Part shown: positions 1 through 7,710 of the stretch, one piece after another
How the letters are laid out: the number at the start of each line of letters is the position of its first letter
Numbering within the stretch: position 1 is the stretch's first letter
From: Candidatus Limnocylindria bacterium
Lineage (GTDB): Bacteria > Chloroflexota > Limnocylindria > QHBO01
Length of the DNA stretch: 64,000 nucleotides
Assembly (NCBI GenBank): GCA_035759945.1
Contig: DASTTX010000160.1
Coordinates: forward strand, 22,004 to 86,003
Direction: 5' to 3'
Translations under genes and position numbers: made by a program
The notes under the pieces: model-generated
Database searches by the model: none
What the model saw: the letters and a program-made list of their open reading frames with translations, nothing else
Told to the model about the DNA's origin: nothing

Positions 1-770
1 GCGATGGGCGAGAACGGCGCCACGCCGTCGATGCCATCGGCCGGCACGAGCGTCTCCACCGCGAGCCCGGGTGCGACAGTCGTGAATCGGAGGGAGATCG
101 GCTCGGACAGGGCGACGCCGGCGACGTCGGTGGCATCGTCCTGGATGCTGACCTCGTATGCCGATCCCGGTCGGAGCGGCTGTATCGGGACGATCTCCAG
201 CAGCTCCCCGCTCCACCGCAGCTCGTGGGGGAACGAGGGCCGCAGGCGCAGGGCGCTCTCGACGGACGAGGTGTCCATCAGGCTCGAGAAGGTGAGCGCG
301 ATCGGCTCGTCGGCTGGGACGTCGGTGGCGCCGTCGGCCGGGGACGCCTCGACAAGGGTCGGCCGGCCGGCCGTGCGAAACTCGAACGGCGGCGGCAGCT
401 CGCTCATCTCGTTGCCGGCAAGGTCGCGGATGCCGGCCCCGAGCTCGAGACGGTAGGAGGTGTCGAGCGTCAGCGGTTCGCTCGGCGTGAAGATCATGGT
501 GCTCCCGCTCCAGCTCACCGCGCCGTCGACGTCGGGCTCCACCGCCAGCGCCCCGGAGGCGGTGTCCGGCTCGACTGGCTCGCTGAAAACGATCTCCAGG
601 CTGGTGGTGATGAGCGCGACGTCCGGCTCGCCCTCGACCGGCTGGGTCAGGTTCACCTCGAGCACCTGGGGCGCGCGAGCGTCGATCGTGCTCGCGACGT
701 ACAGGACGCCCGCCAGGACCAACCCTCCCACGCCGATGACGAGGAGGCTGCGGAGGATCACCGACCGCAT
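1..770 (-). CDS. Partial (3'-truncated by window edge) secreted/membrane-anchored protein with tandem bacterial Ig-like (SbsA/Big-type) domains
   Basis: Manual reverse-strand translation. ATG at 770..768 gives MRSVILRSLLVIGVGGLVLAGVLYVAS (N-terminal TM/signal anchor). It is followed by repeated ~90-aa units with the pattern A..DGATDV..DEPI.L.FS..MD..SVESAL, and the ORF runs off the left edge. Codon third positions are GC-rich. It is absent from the supplied ORF track, presumably because it is incomplete. Confidence 0.55.
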   Translation of the reverse strand, partial: MRSVILRSLLVIGVGGLVLAGVLYVASTIDARAPQVLEVNLTQPVEGEPDVALITTSLEIVFSEPVEPDTASGALAVEPDVDGAVSWSGSTMIFTPSEPLTLDTSYRLELGAGIRDLAGNEMSELPPPFEFRTAGRPTLVEASPADGATDVPADEPIALTFSSLMDTSSVESALRLRPSFPHELRWSGELLEIVPIQPLRPGSAYEVSIQDDATDVAGVALSEPISLRFTTVAPGLAVETLVPADGIDGVAPFSPI

Positions 771-791
771 CGGCGCCGCGACCGACGGTCG

Positions 792-2210
792 CTAGCGATG
801 TCGGAGGCGCGCTGGGAGGATCTGCAGCTCGTCGCGGTACTTGGCGACGGTTCGACGTGCCAGCGCGATCCCCTCTTCGGCCAGCGCGTCGGCGATCTCC
901 TGGTCCGAGAGCGGATGCTTCGGATCCTCGGCCTCGATCATGCGCTTGATCTGGTCCTTCACCCCCAGCGAGGCGGTGAAGAAGTGGCTGAAGGGCACGA
1001 CCTCGCCGGATGGGATCATCACGTACTTCTCGGCGGTGGCGCGACTGACGGTGGACTCGTGCATGCCGATCAGCTCGCCGACCTCGGCTCGCGTAAGGGG
1101 TACGAGGTGCTGGACGCCATTGACGAGATAGTCGCGCTGACGATCCACCAGCGCCTCGGCGATGCGCTGGATCGTGGCGCGGCGGCGATTGATGTTGTCG
1201 ATGAAGAACTTCGCGCGCCCGACGTACTGGCGGACATGCTGCTTCTCGACCTCGGTGGTCTCGTTGCTTCGCAGCTTCGAGCTCAGGCTCGAGTAGATCG
1301 GCGCGACGCGGAGGCTGAAGCGACGCGATTCGACGACCTCGACGGTGAGCTCCCCGTCGATGTCCCGAATGAGGACGTCGGGCCGGATGATGGGGCGGGA
1401 GGCGTCGGGGCTGACCGCGGCGGTGAAGGCGGCCGTCGGATAGGGATTGAGGTTGCCCTTCACGAACTCCCAGACCCCGATGACGTCGCGCTGGGTGATC
1501 CCGACCGATGCGGCCACCTCGCGGAAGCGGCGTTCGCCGAGGTCCGCCAGGTGGTGGCCCACGACCTCCTCGGCGCGAGGCGGAATCTCCACCTCGCCCT
1601 GCTCGCGCAGGTACTCGATCTGTGCCAGCAGCGACTCGGTGATGGAGCGTGAGCCGATGCCGATCGGCTCGAGCCCCTTCATCGCTGCCAGCACTTCCTC
1701 GACGTCGTCGACCGTGACGCCCGTGGCGTCGGCGATCTCGACATCGGTCTGCGTCAGGAAGCCGTTCGAATCGAGCGCACCGATGACGTGGTCGGCGACC
1801 GGGTGCAGGCGTGACGGCAGGAGCGCATGCAGGTTCCAGGTGAGGTGGTCCTCCAGCGTGAAGTCGGCCTCGGCTCGAGCGATCGGGTCGAACTCGTCGG
1901 CCTCGTCGCGCAGCCGGGTCTGGCCATCGCCAGGGAGGTCATCGGCGCTGGTGAGGCGACCGCCGTCCTCGGCGTCCTCCGCCTTGCGCGGCATGCACTC
2001 GGTGCAGTAGTTGCCCGCGATCGGGCTGCCGCAGATCGGGCAGGTCGCCTGCTCCTGCATCTCGAGCGCCGGGTTCTCGTCGAGCTCCTGCGCGATCGCC
2101 TCCTGGAGCTCGACGGAGCTCATCTGGAGGATGTAGTTCGCCGCGATCTGCTTCGGGGTGACCTTGACATGCATCACCGGCTGAAGCTGCTGGCTGATCT
2201 CGACGGACAT
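792..2210 (-). CDS. rpoN: RNA polymerase sigma-54 factor RpoN
   Basis: Region I is Leu/Gln-rich (MSVEISQQLQ...ILQMSSVELQEAIAQEL), region II is acidic, and the C-terminal RpoN box reads ARRTVAKYR, preceded by an HTH. The track ORF starts with TTG at 2222. ATG at 2210 is preceded by GAGGT and is the likelier start. Confidence 0.9.
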   Translation of the reverse strand: MSVEISQQLQPVMHVKVTPKQIAANYILQMSSVELQEAIAQELDENPALEMQEQATCPICGSPIAGNYCTECMPRKAEDAEDGGRLTSADDLPGDGQTRLRDEADEFDPIARAEADFTLEDHLTWNLHALLPSRLHPVADHVIGALDSNGFLTQTDVEIADATGVTVDDVEEVLAAMKGLEPIGIGSRSITESLLAQIEYLREQGEVEIPPRAEEVVGHHLADLGERRFREVAASVGITQRDVIGVWEFVKGNLNPYPTAAFTAAVSPDASRPIIRPDVLIRDIDGELTVEVVESRRFSLRVAPIYSSLSSKLRSNETTEVEKQHVRQYVGRAKFFIDNINRRRATIQRIAEALVDRQRDYLVNGVQHLVPLTRAEVGELIGMHESTVSRATAEKYVMIPSGEVVPFSHFFTASLGVKDQIKRMIEAEDPKHPLSDQEIADALAEEGIALARRTVAKYRDELQILPARLRHR

Positions 2211-2239
2211 CGGACCTCGCAAGAGTGTGGGAAGAAAGA

Positions 2240-2245
2240 ATTATA
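2240..2245 (-). promoter_or_regulatory. Candidate -10 hexamer (TATAAT on minus strand) ~30 nt upstream of the rpoN ATG
   Basis: An AT-rich patch (gaagaaagaattatagg) sits in otherwise 70% GC DNA. Its reverse complement reads ...cctATAATtctttcttcccacactcttgcGAGGTccgATG. No convincing -35 was seen. Confidence 0.3.
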
Positions 2246-2275
2246 GGTTCCGCGGCCCGATCGGCCCCGAAGTGG

Positions 2276-2917
2276 TCAGGCCGGAGCGGCGTTGACGCGA
2301 CGGATGACCGGCGTGTCGCCACCGAGGCCGATGAGGCTGTAGCCGGCGGGATCCTGCGCCAGCCGGTCGCGGTAGTCGCGCATCGGCCAACCCAGCAGGG
2401 CACATAACCGAAGTCGGTTCACGTGGTTGTGAGCCACGACGATCGCACATCGGGCACGGTCCTCCGCAAGCCAGGCCTCGAGCGGCTCGAGTATCGCGAA
2501 GGCCCGCAATGCAACATCCGCGCCACTTTCGCCATCGGGGCAGCTGGTCGCGTACGGGTCCGCCTCCCACGCGGCGCGAAGCTCCGGGTCCCGAGCGTGA
2601 CATTCCTCGGCGGTCAGCCCGTCCCAGGCGCCGTAGTCGATCTCCGTCAGCCGGTCGTCGATCTCGACCGCATGCTCCGGAATCCCCAGCGCGGTCGCGA
2701 TCGGCGCGGCCGTCTGCCGGCAGCGGAGTGCCGGGCTGCTCAGCAGCCGGAGCTCGTCGTGGGGCAGCTCGGCCAGCTCGGTCGACAGCGTCTGGGCCAG
2801 GCGGGCCGCCAGGTTCGCGCCCTCGGTGGCCAGTGGCGGGTCGTCGCTCCGACCGAGATTGCGGCCAGCGGCCGAGGCGGCCGTGGTCGAGTGACGCACC
2901 AGGATGAGGCTGCCCAT
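2276..2917 (-). CDS. Histidine phosphatase family protein (phosphoglycerate mutase-like)
   Basis: N-terminal LILVRHSTT (RHG-type catalytic His motif) and a downstream conserved His (VVAHNHV). Length is 213 aa. Confidence 0.75.
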   Translation of the reverse strand: MGSLILVRHSTTAASAAGRNLGRSDDPPLATEGANLAARLAQTLSTELAELPHDELRLLSSPALRCRQTAAPIATALGIPEHAVEIDDRLTEIDYGAWDGLTAEECHARDPELRAAWEADPYATSCPDGESGADVALRAFAILEPLEAWLAEDRARCAIVVAHNHVNRLRLCALLGWPMRDYRDRLAQDPAGYSLIGLGGDTPVIRRVNAAPA

Positions 2918-2937
2918 GGGCCTGCGAGTCTAGCCGG

Positions 2938-3666
2938 GTGGTGCGCTATTCTGTCGCGGCCGTCCCCCGCAGCCCAGGCGTCATGACCTACGTCCCCGAC
3001 GACACTGACACTTCCGGCGCGCCCGCCACCGGCGAGCGCGCCGGTTCGCGCCGTGCCCTGGGATGTGCCTTCGAGATCGTCGAGACGCTCGTCCTGACCC
3101 TGCTCATCTACCTCGTCATCCACAATTTCGTGGCCCAGCCGTTCGAGGTGCAGCAGACGTCGATGTTCCCGACCATCGCCGACGGGGAATACATCCTCAT
3201 CGACAAGCTGACGGTCCGTTTCGACGGCTATCACTACGGCGACGTGGTCGTCTTCAACCCGCCGTCCAGCTCCGGGCTGTCAACCGATGGCGTCCCGTTC
3301 ATCAAGCGCATCATCGGCATGCCGGGCGACACGGTCAGCCTGGAGAACGGGCGCGTGTTCGTCACGCAGCCGGGCAAGAATCCCGTCCGCATCGACGAGC
3401 CCTACGTGCGCAAGACCGATTCGGGCGAGACTTCGCCCACCATCTGCACCCGACCCGATTGCCCGTTGAGCTGGATCGTGGGCGAGCACGAGTACTTCGT
3501 GATGGGCGACAACCGGCCCTCGAGCCAGGACTCGCGCGTCTTCGGGCCGGTCGACGAGGACCTCATCCTGGGTCGCGCCTGGCTGCGCTACTTCCCGCTC
3601 GAGCGCGTCGGACTGATCGAGCGCCCGGACTATCCGGCGTTGGACACGGTGACGGCGGGGAACTAG
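2938..3666 (+). CDS. lepB: Signal peptidase I
   Basis: Catalytic Ser box SMFPT, KR box FIKRIIGMPGD, box E GDNRPSSQDSR, and an N-terminal TM segment. The track start at 2938 is GTG. ATG at 2983 (MTYVPDD) is an alternative start. Confidence 0.85.
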   Translation: MVRYSVAAVPRSPGVMTYVPDDTDTSGAPATGERAGSRRALGCAFEIVETLVLTLLIYLVIHNFVAQPFEVQQTSMFPTIADGEYILIDKLTVRFDGYHYGDVVVFNPPSSSGLSTDGVPFIKRIIGMPGDTVSLENGRVFVTQPGKNPVRIDEPYVRKTDSGETSPTICTRPDCPLSWIVGEHEYFVMGDNRPSSQDSRVFGPVDEDLILGRAWLRYFPLERVGLIERPDYPALDTVTAGN

Positions 3667-3682
3667 CCGCGGGTCCGCGTGG

Positions 3683-4150
3683 TCAGGTGCGGGCCGGCTC
3701 CTCGGCGACGATCCACGCATCGATCTCGCGCTCGTAGGAGACGAGCGCATCGGCCCCGAACCACAGCGCCAGCTCGGACTCCGCCGTTTCGGGCGCGTCC
3801 GACGCGTGGATGAGGTTGCGGAGGCCGCTGATGCCCAGATCGCCGCGGATGGTGCCCGGCTCCGCCTCGTTCGGCATCGTCTTGCCGACCATCTTGCGGA
3901 CCACGGCGATCGCATCCGGCCCTTCCAGGGCGAACGCGGCGACCGGCCCGGAGGTGATGAACTCGACGAGGCCCGCGTAGAAGTGCTTGCCGGCGTGGAC
4001 GGCGTAATGCTCCTCCGCCATCTCGCGGGAAACGGACAGCAGGCGCAGTCCGACGACCTTCAGGCCTTTGCGCTCGAAGCGGCCGATGATCTCGCCGATG
4101 AGGCCGCGCTGCACGGCGTCGGGCTTGGCCAGGACGAGGGTGCGCTGCAT
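3683..4150 (-). CDS. ndk: Nucleoside diphosphate kinase
   Basis: Begins MQRTLVLAKPDAVQRGLIGEIIGRFE. The catalytic His motif is NLIHASD. The long N-terminal extension in the track ORF is GC-rich read-through. The real ATG at 4150..4148 overlaps the upstream stop (TAATG). Confidence 0.9.
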   Translation of the reverse strand: MQRTLVLAKPDAVQRGLIGEIIGRFERKGLKVVGLRLLSVSREMAEEHYAVHAGKHFYAGLVEFITSGPVAAFALEGPDAIAVVRKMVGKTMPNEAEPGTIRGDLGISGLRNLIHASDAPETAESELALWFGADALVSYEREIDAWIVAEEPART

Positions 4151-4959
4151 TACGAAGTACGTCTCCCGGTGCGAGTGGATCGGCTCCGGCGGTTCGCGGC
4201 GCGGTCGTAGGCGTCGGTGGCCTCGACGTCGCGGCCCGCGGCACGGAGCAGGTCGCCGTAGAGTAGCAGACGCTCCCTCGCCGCCTGCCGGCCGAGGGTC
4301 GGCTCGATGATGGCCACGCCGTCGGAGGCGAGGGCCGGATCGAGCCGGACCGCAAGCGACATCTCCGAGTCGCCGCGCGCGAGGTCGCCTGCGACATACG
4401 CGACGCGCGCCTCCTCGAGCCTGGCGCGCCCGGCCGCGACGCGCTCGTCGTCCGGAGCGGGGCCACCTTCCCCGTTCGCCTCGGGAGCGGGCTGCGACCA
4501 TGGCGGCCGCACGGGCTCGGCCGAGGCGGGGCGGACGGCGCTCGGTAACGGCCACGCCAGGCGACCCTCGACGCCGCCGCGCAGCGCGAATGCCTCGTCG
4601 ACCCCGATGGCGGCCAGCAGCCGCTCCTGGGCGCCAGCCGCGCGATCCGCCTCCCCGGCGTTCGCGAGCGTCTCGGCGTCGATCAGGAGCGACATGGGCA
4701 GACGCCGCTGCGGGCTCGACGGCCGGATGCCGTCCAGCGCGTGGCGGGCCGAGATCGACCGTCCCTGGCGCCAGAGCGCCTCGGCCAGCAGGAGCCGCAG
4801 GGCATCGGCCTCGTCGTCGGCACCACCATCGGCCTCGATCCGTGCCAGGCGTCGACGCAGCGTGCCCTCGGCCAGCGACGAGAGGCCGGCGTCGATCTGG
4901 GCGCGCCCGAGGCCAAGCTCATCGGCGACAAGGTCGATGAGGTGTGGGTCGTCGGTCAC
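4150..4959 (-). CDS. Hypothetical protein, TPR-like C-terminus
   Basis: This is the 3' part of track ORF 4150..5628; only the portion downstream of the M16 stop can be real. GTG at 4959..4957 overlaps the M16 TGA (GTGA coupling). There are no recognisable catalytic motifs. An alternative start is M at ~4695. Confidence 0.4.
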   Translation of the reverse strand: MTDDPHLIDLVADELGLGRAQIDAGLSSLAEGTLRRRLARIEADGGADDEADALRLLLAEALWRQGRSISARHALDGIRPSSPQRRLPMSLLIDAETLANAGEADRAAGAQERLLAAIGVDEAFALRGGVEGRLAWPLPSAVRPASAEPVRPPWSQPAPEANGEGGPAPDDERVAAGRARLEEARVAYVAGDLARGDSEMSLAVRLDPALASDGVAIIEPTLGRQAARERLLLYGDLLRAAGRDVEATDAYDRAANRRSRSTRTGRRTS

Positions 4960-6293
4960 GAGCGCAGCGCTCGGGCGAACGGCTTCCGGGATCGGAATGG
5001 ACCCAGGACGGCGAGCCTCGCCTCGGACGGCGCGATGAAGCGCCGCGCCACGCGAAGGAGATCGTCCACGGTGACGGCCTCGAGGCGCTCGATGACCTCG
5101 TCGACGGTGAGGATCCGCGGCAGCAATGACTCGCCGCTGCCGATCCAGCCGGCCACCGCACCGGAGTCCTCCATGCGCAGCTCGAGGCGGCCGCGAGTGT
5201 AGGCGCGTGCACGCTCGAGCTCGTCGGCGTCGACCGGATCGGTCGTGATGCGGTCCAGCTGCTCGAGGACGGCGCGCACGACGCGCTCGGCGTCCTCCGG
5301 GTTGAAGCCGGCATGCACACCGAAGGTGCCGGTATCGGCGTAGCTGGCGCTGAAGGTCGAGACGTCGTACACCAGCGAGCGCCGCTCGCGAAGCTCCAGG
5401 AAGAGCCGGCTGCCCATCCCGTCGCCGAGGATGGCGCCGAGCAGGTCCAGCGCCCACCTGTCCGGATGATCGCGCGCGACGCCGGGCATGCCGAGGCACA
5501 GGTTGCCCTGGCTCAGTCGCCGATGCGAGACGCGCAGGGAGCCCCCAGGCGCCGGAGCGGGGGCCGGGGCGGCGATCGGCGGCCGACGACGCGGGCCACC
5601 CACATCGGGCGGACCGGCGGCGTGCCATTCGGCCGCGGCGCGGACGATCTCGTCGTGGTCGACGCGCCCGGCGGCCGCGAGGACCATCGCGCCCGGCCGG
5701 TAGGCGGCGCGCCAGTGGCCGACGACCGCCTCGTGCGTGGCGCGTCGCACCGAGCCGATGGTGCCGGCGATCTCACGCCCCAGCGGATGCCGCCCGTACA
5801 GCAGCTCGTCGAACAGGGTGAAGACGTGGTCCGACGGCGAGTCGACGTACATCCGGATCTCGTCGACGATCACCGGCTTCTCGGCAGCGAGATCGCGGCG
5901 CCTCAGCAGCGGGTGGAGCGCCAGCTCACTGACGGCGTGGAGGGCCGTATCGGCGTGCTCGGCCGGGACCTTGGAGCTGAAGACCGTCAGCTCGCGGTCG
6001 GTGCTGGCATTCACGCTGCCGCCGATGCCCTCGACCACCTGCGACAGCGTGCCCGCCTCCGGATGGGCGCGCGTGCCCTTGAAGACGAGGTGCTCGAGGA
6101 AGTGCGAGAGGCCGGCGTGCTGCTCGTCCTCGTGGCGCGACCCGACCGGCACGAAAATGGCGACGCTGGCCGAGCGGGCGCCGGGCATCGACTGGGTGAC
6201 GACGCGAAGGCCGCTCTCGAGCACGCTCCGCTGGTGCCCGGGCGCTGCCGCGGCGACGGCGCGTGGCCGCGCGCGCACGGGCGTGGCGGTCAC
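4956..6293 (-). CDS. M16 family zinc metallopeptidase (pitrilysin/insulinase-like)
   Basis: Inverted zincin motif HFLEH (HxxEH) with a downstream E, plus two M16 domains. The likely start is GTG at 6293..6291, overlapping the upstream stop (GTGA). The N-terminal 120 aa of the track ORF is read-through. Confidence 0.85.
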   Translation of the reverse strand: MTATPVRARPRAVAAAAPGHQRSVLESGLRVVTQSMPGARSASVAIFVPVGSRHEDEQHAGLSHFLEHLVFKGTRAHPEAGTLSQVVEGIGGSVNASTDRELTVFSSKVPAEHADTALHAVSELALHPLLRRRDLAAEKPVIVDEIRMYVDSPSDHVFTLFDELLYGRHPLGREIAGTIGSVRRATHEAVVGHWRAAYRPGAMVLAAAGRVDHDEIVRAAAEWHAAGPPDVGGPRRRPPIAAPAPAPAPGGSLRVSHRRLSQGNLCLGMPGVARDHPDRWALDLLGAILGDGMGSRLFLELRERRSLVYDVSTFSASYADTGTFGVHAGFNPEDAERVVRAVLEQLDRITTDPVDADELERARAYTRGRLELRMEDSGAVAGWIGSGESLLPRILTVDEVIERLEAVTVDDLLRVARRFIAPSEARLAVLGPFRSRKPFARALRS

Positions 6294-6808
6294 GGCCCGT
6301 CCTCGTCCTCGTCCGACCGCTCGCCGTCGGCGGCATCGGCGTCGGCCGACATGAGCAGCTCCATCTGGATGAAGCGCAGGTCGCGAGCGAGCTCCTCGGC
6401 GTTGCGCGGGAGCGGCCGGCCGTTCGGCGGGTGGGCCGCATCGGTCTCTCCGTCCGCAGCGAGGCGCGGTTGGCCGCTCGCGGCGAACTCGAGCACGACG
6501 CGCTCGTTGCCGACGGTCAGTGTGTAGACGAGGAGCTGCTCCGAGGTGGTGTCGAACTGGAGGTAGTCGAACGAGTCGAGGTTGACGCAGATGGCGAGCG
6601 GCGTGAAATACGAGGCGATCTCCGGGTGATCCACCACGATGCGCTCCACCCACCCCGTGCCGGTCGACTCGACCTTCGTTCCCCGAACGTAGGTGTAGCT
6701 GACCGTCTGCTTCAGGAGCGGGCGCAGGATGTTGTAGATGTCGCTCTTGCCGGTGACCACGCCGGTGTTGATGTAGAGCTTGGCGCGCGCGTCTGGCATC
6801 GGGCTCAT
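6290..6808 (-). CDS. Hypothetical protein (172 aa) with acidic C-terminal tail
   Basis: Complete ORF with GC3-rich codon usage, beta-rich sequence and a DEDEDGP tail. It is translationally coupled to the M16 peptidase gene. I did not recognise a family. Confidence 0.5.
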   Translation of the reverse strand: MSPMPDARAKLYINTGVVTGKSDIYNILRPLLKQTVSYTYVRGTKVESTGTGWVERIVVDHPEIASYFTPLAICVNLDSFDYLQFDTTSEQLLVYTLTVGNERVVLEFAASGQPRLAADGETDAAHPPNGRPLPRNAEELARDLRFIQMELLMSADADAADGERSDEDEDGP

Positions 6809-6855
6809 GGTAGGGGGATCGCGGGCGAGTCTAGCACCGCCCTCCGCGCCCGACG

Positions 6856-7710
6856 GTGCCGCCGGGAACGACTGCTACGATACGGCCCGTGAAGCTGCTG
6901 GCGGCCGACATCGGCAACACGAACGTCTCGATCGGGCTCTTCACCGACGACCGGCTGGCGCGCTCGTGGCGCGCCATCACGCGTGCGAACGCGACCTCCG
7001 ATGAAGTCGCCGCCATGCTCACCGGCCTGCTCGCGCTGGACGGGCACCGCCTCGACGAGCTCGACGCGGTCGCGCTTGCCAGCGTCGTCCCGCCGCTGAC
7101 CGAGACGTGGGAGCGCCTCAGCGCCGATCGGATCGGCGTGGCGCCCGCCATCGTCGACGCCGCCTCGCTCGACGGCATCCTCGACATCCGGATCGATCGG
7201 CCATCGGAGGCCGGTGCGGACCGTCTCGCCAACGCGCTGGCCGCGCGGACCGAGTTCGGCGGGCCGGCGATCGTGATCGACCTGGGCACCAGCACGAACT
7301 TCGACCTCGTCGACGCCGATGGCGCCTACATCGGCGGGGCGATCGCGCCGGGCATGGGCCTCAGCCTGGAGGCGCTGGTCGGCCGCGCCAGCAAGCTGCC
7401 GCGCATCGAGCTGCGGCGTCCGCCGTCGGCGATCGGCGCCAACACCATCCACGCCATGCAGTCCGGAGCGGTGCTTGGCTACATCGGCCTGGTCAGCGGG
7501 CTGCTGACCGCGCTGCGCGGCGAGCTGATCGAGCGGTCGCCGCGCGAGGCCCGCATCACGGTCGTGGCAACCGGCGGGTACACCCACCAGCCGTGGCTGA
7601 GCGAGGTGCCCGGCATCGACCGGGTCGAGCCCGACCTCACCCTGCGCGGCATCCACTACGCGTGGGCCGCCATCCGTGATCGGTCACGCACCGCGGCGGG
7701 CGAGCGATGA
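6856..7710 (+). CDS. coaX: Type III pantothenate kinase
   Basis: LLAADIGNTN (Bvg accessory factor family phosphate-1 motif), DLGTSTNFD and TGGY motifs. GTG at 6889 is an alternative start. Confidence 0.9.
   Translation: MPPGTTATIRPVKLLAADIGNTNVSIGLFTDDRLARSWRAITRANATSDEVAAMLTGLLALDGHRLDELDAVALASVVPPLTETWERLSADRIGVAPAIVDAASLDGILDIRIDRPSEAGADRLANALAARTEFGGPAIVIDLGTSTNFDLVDADGAYIGGAIAPGMGLSLEALVGRASKLPRIELRRPPSAIGANTIHAMQSGAVLGYIGLVSGLLTALRGELIERSPREARITVVATGGYTHQPWLSEVPGIDRVEPDLTLRGIHYAWAAIRDRSRTAAGER

Noticed and set aside
4-795. Plus-strand ORFs 4..456 and 460..795
   Set aside because: They are Ser/Thr/Ala-rich wrong-frame translations. The minus strand in the same interval gives a clean Ig-like repeat protein with an N-terminal signal anchor.
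225-1652. 475-aa plus-strand ORF
   Set aside because: It is antisense to rpoN with low-complexity Arg/Gly/Ala-rich content, a typical spurious long ORF in 70% GC DNA. rpoN motifs on the opposite strand are unambiguous.
6290-6808. Tentative family assignment (SRPBCC/PilZ/other) for the 172-aa protein upstream of the M16 peptidase
   Set aside because: No diagnostic motif could be confirmed by eye. Left as hypothetical rather than guessing.
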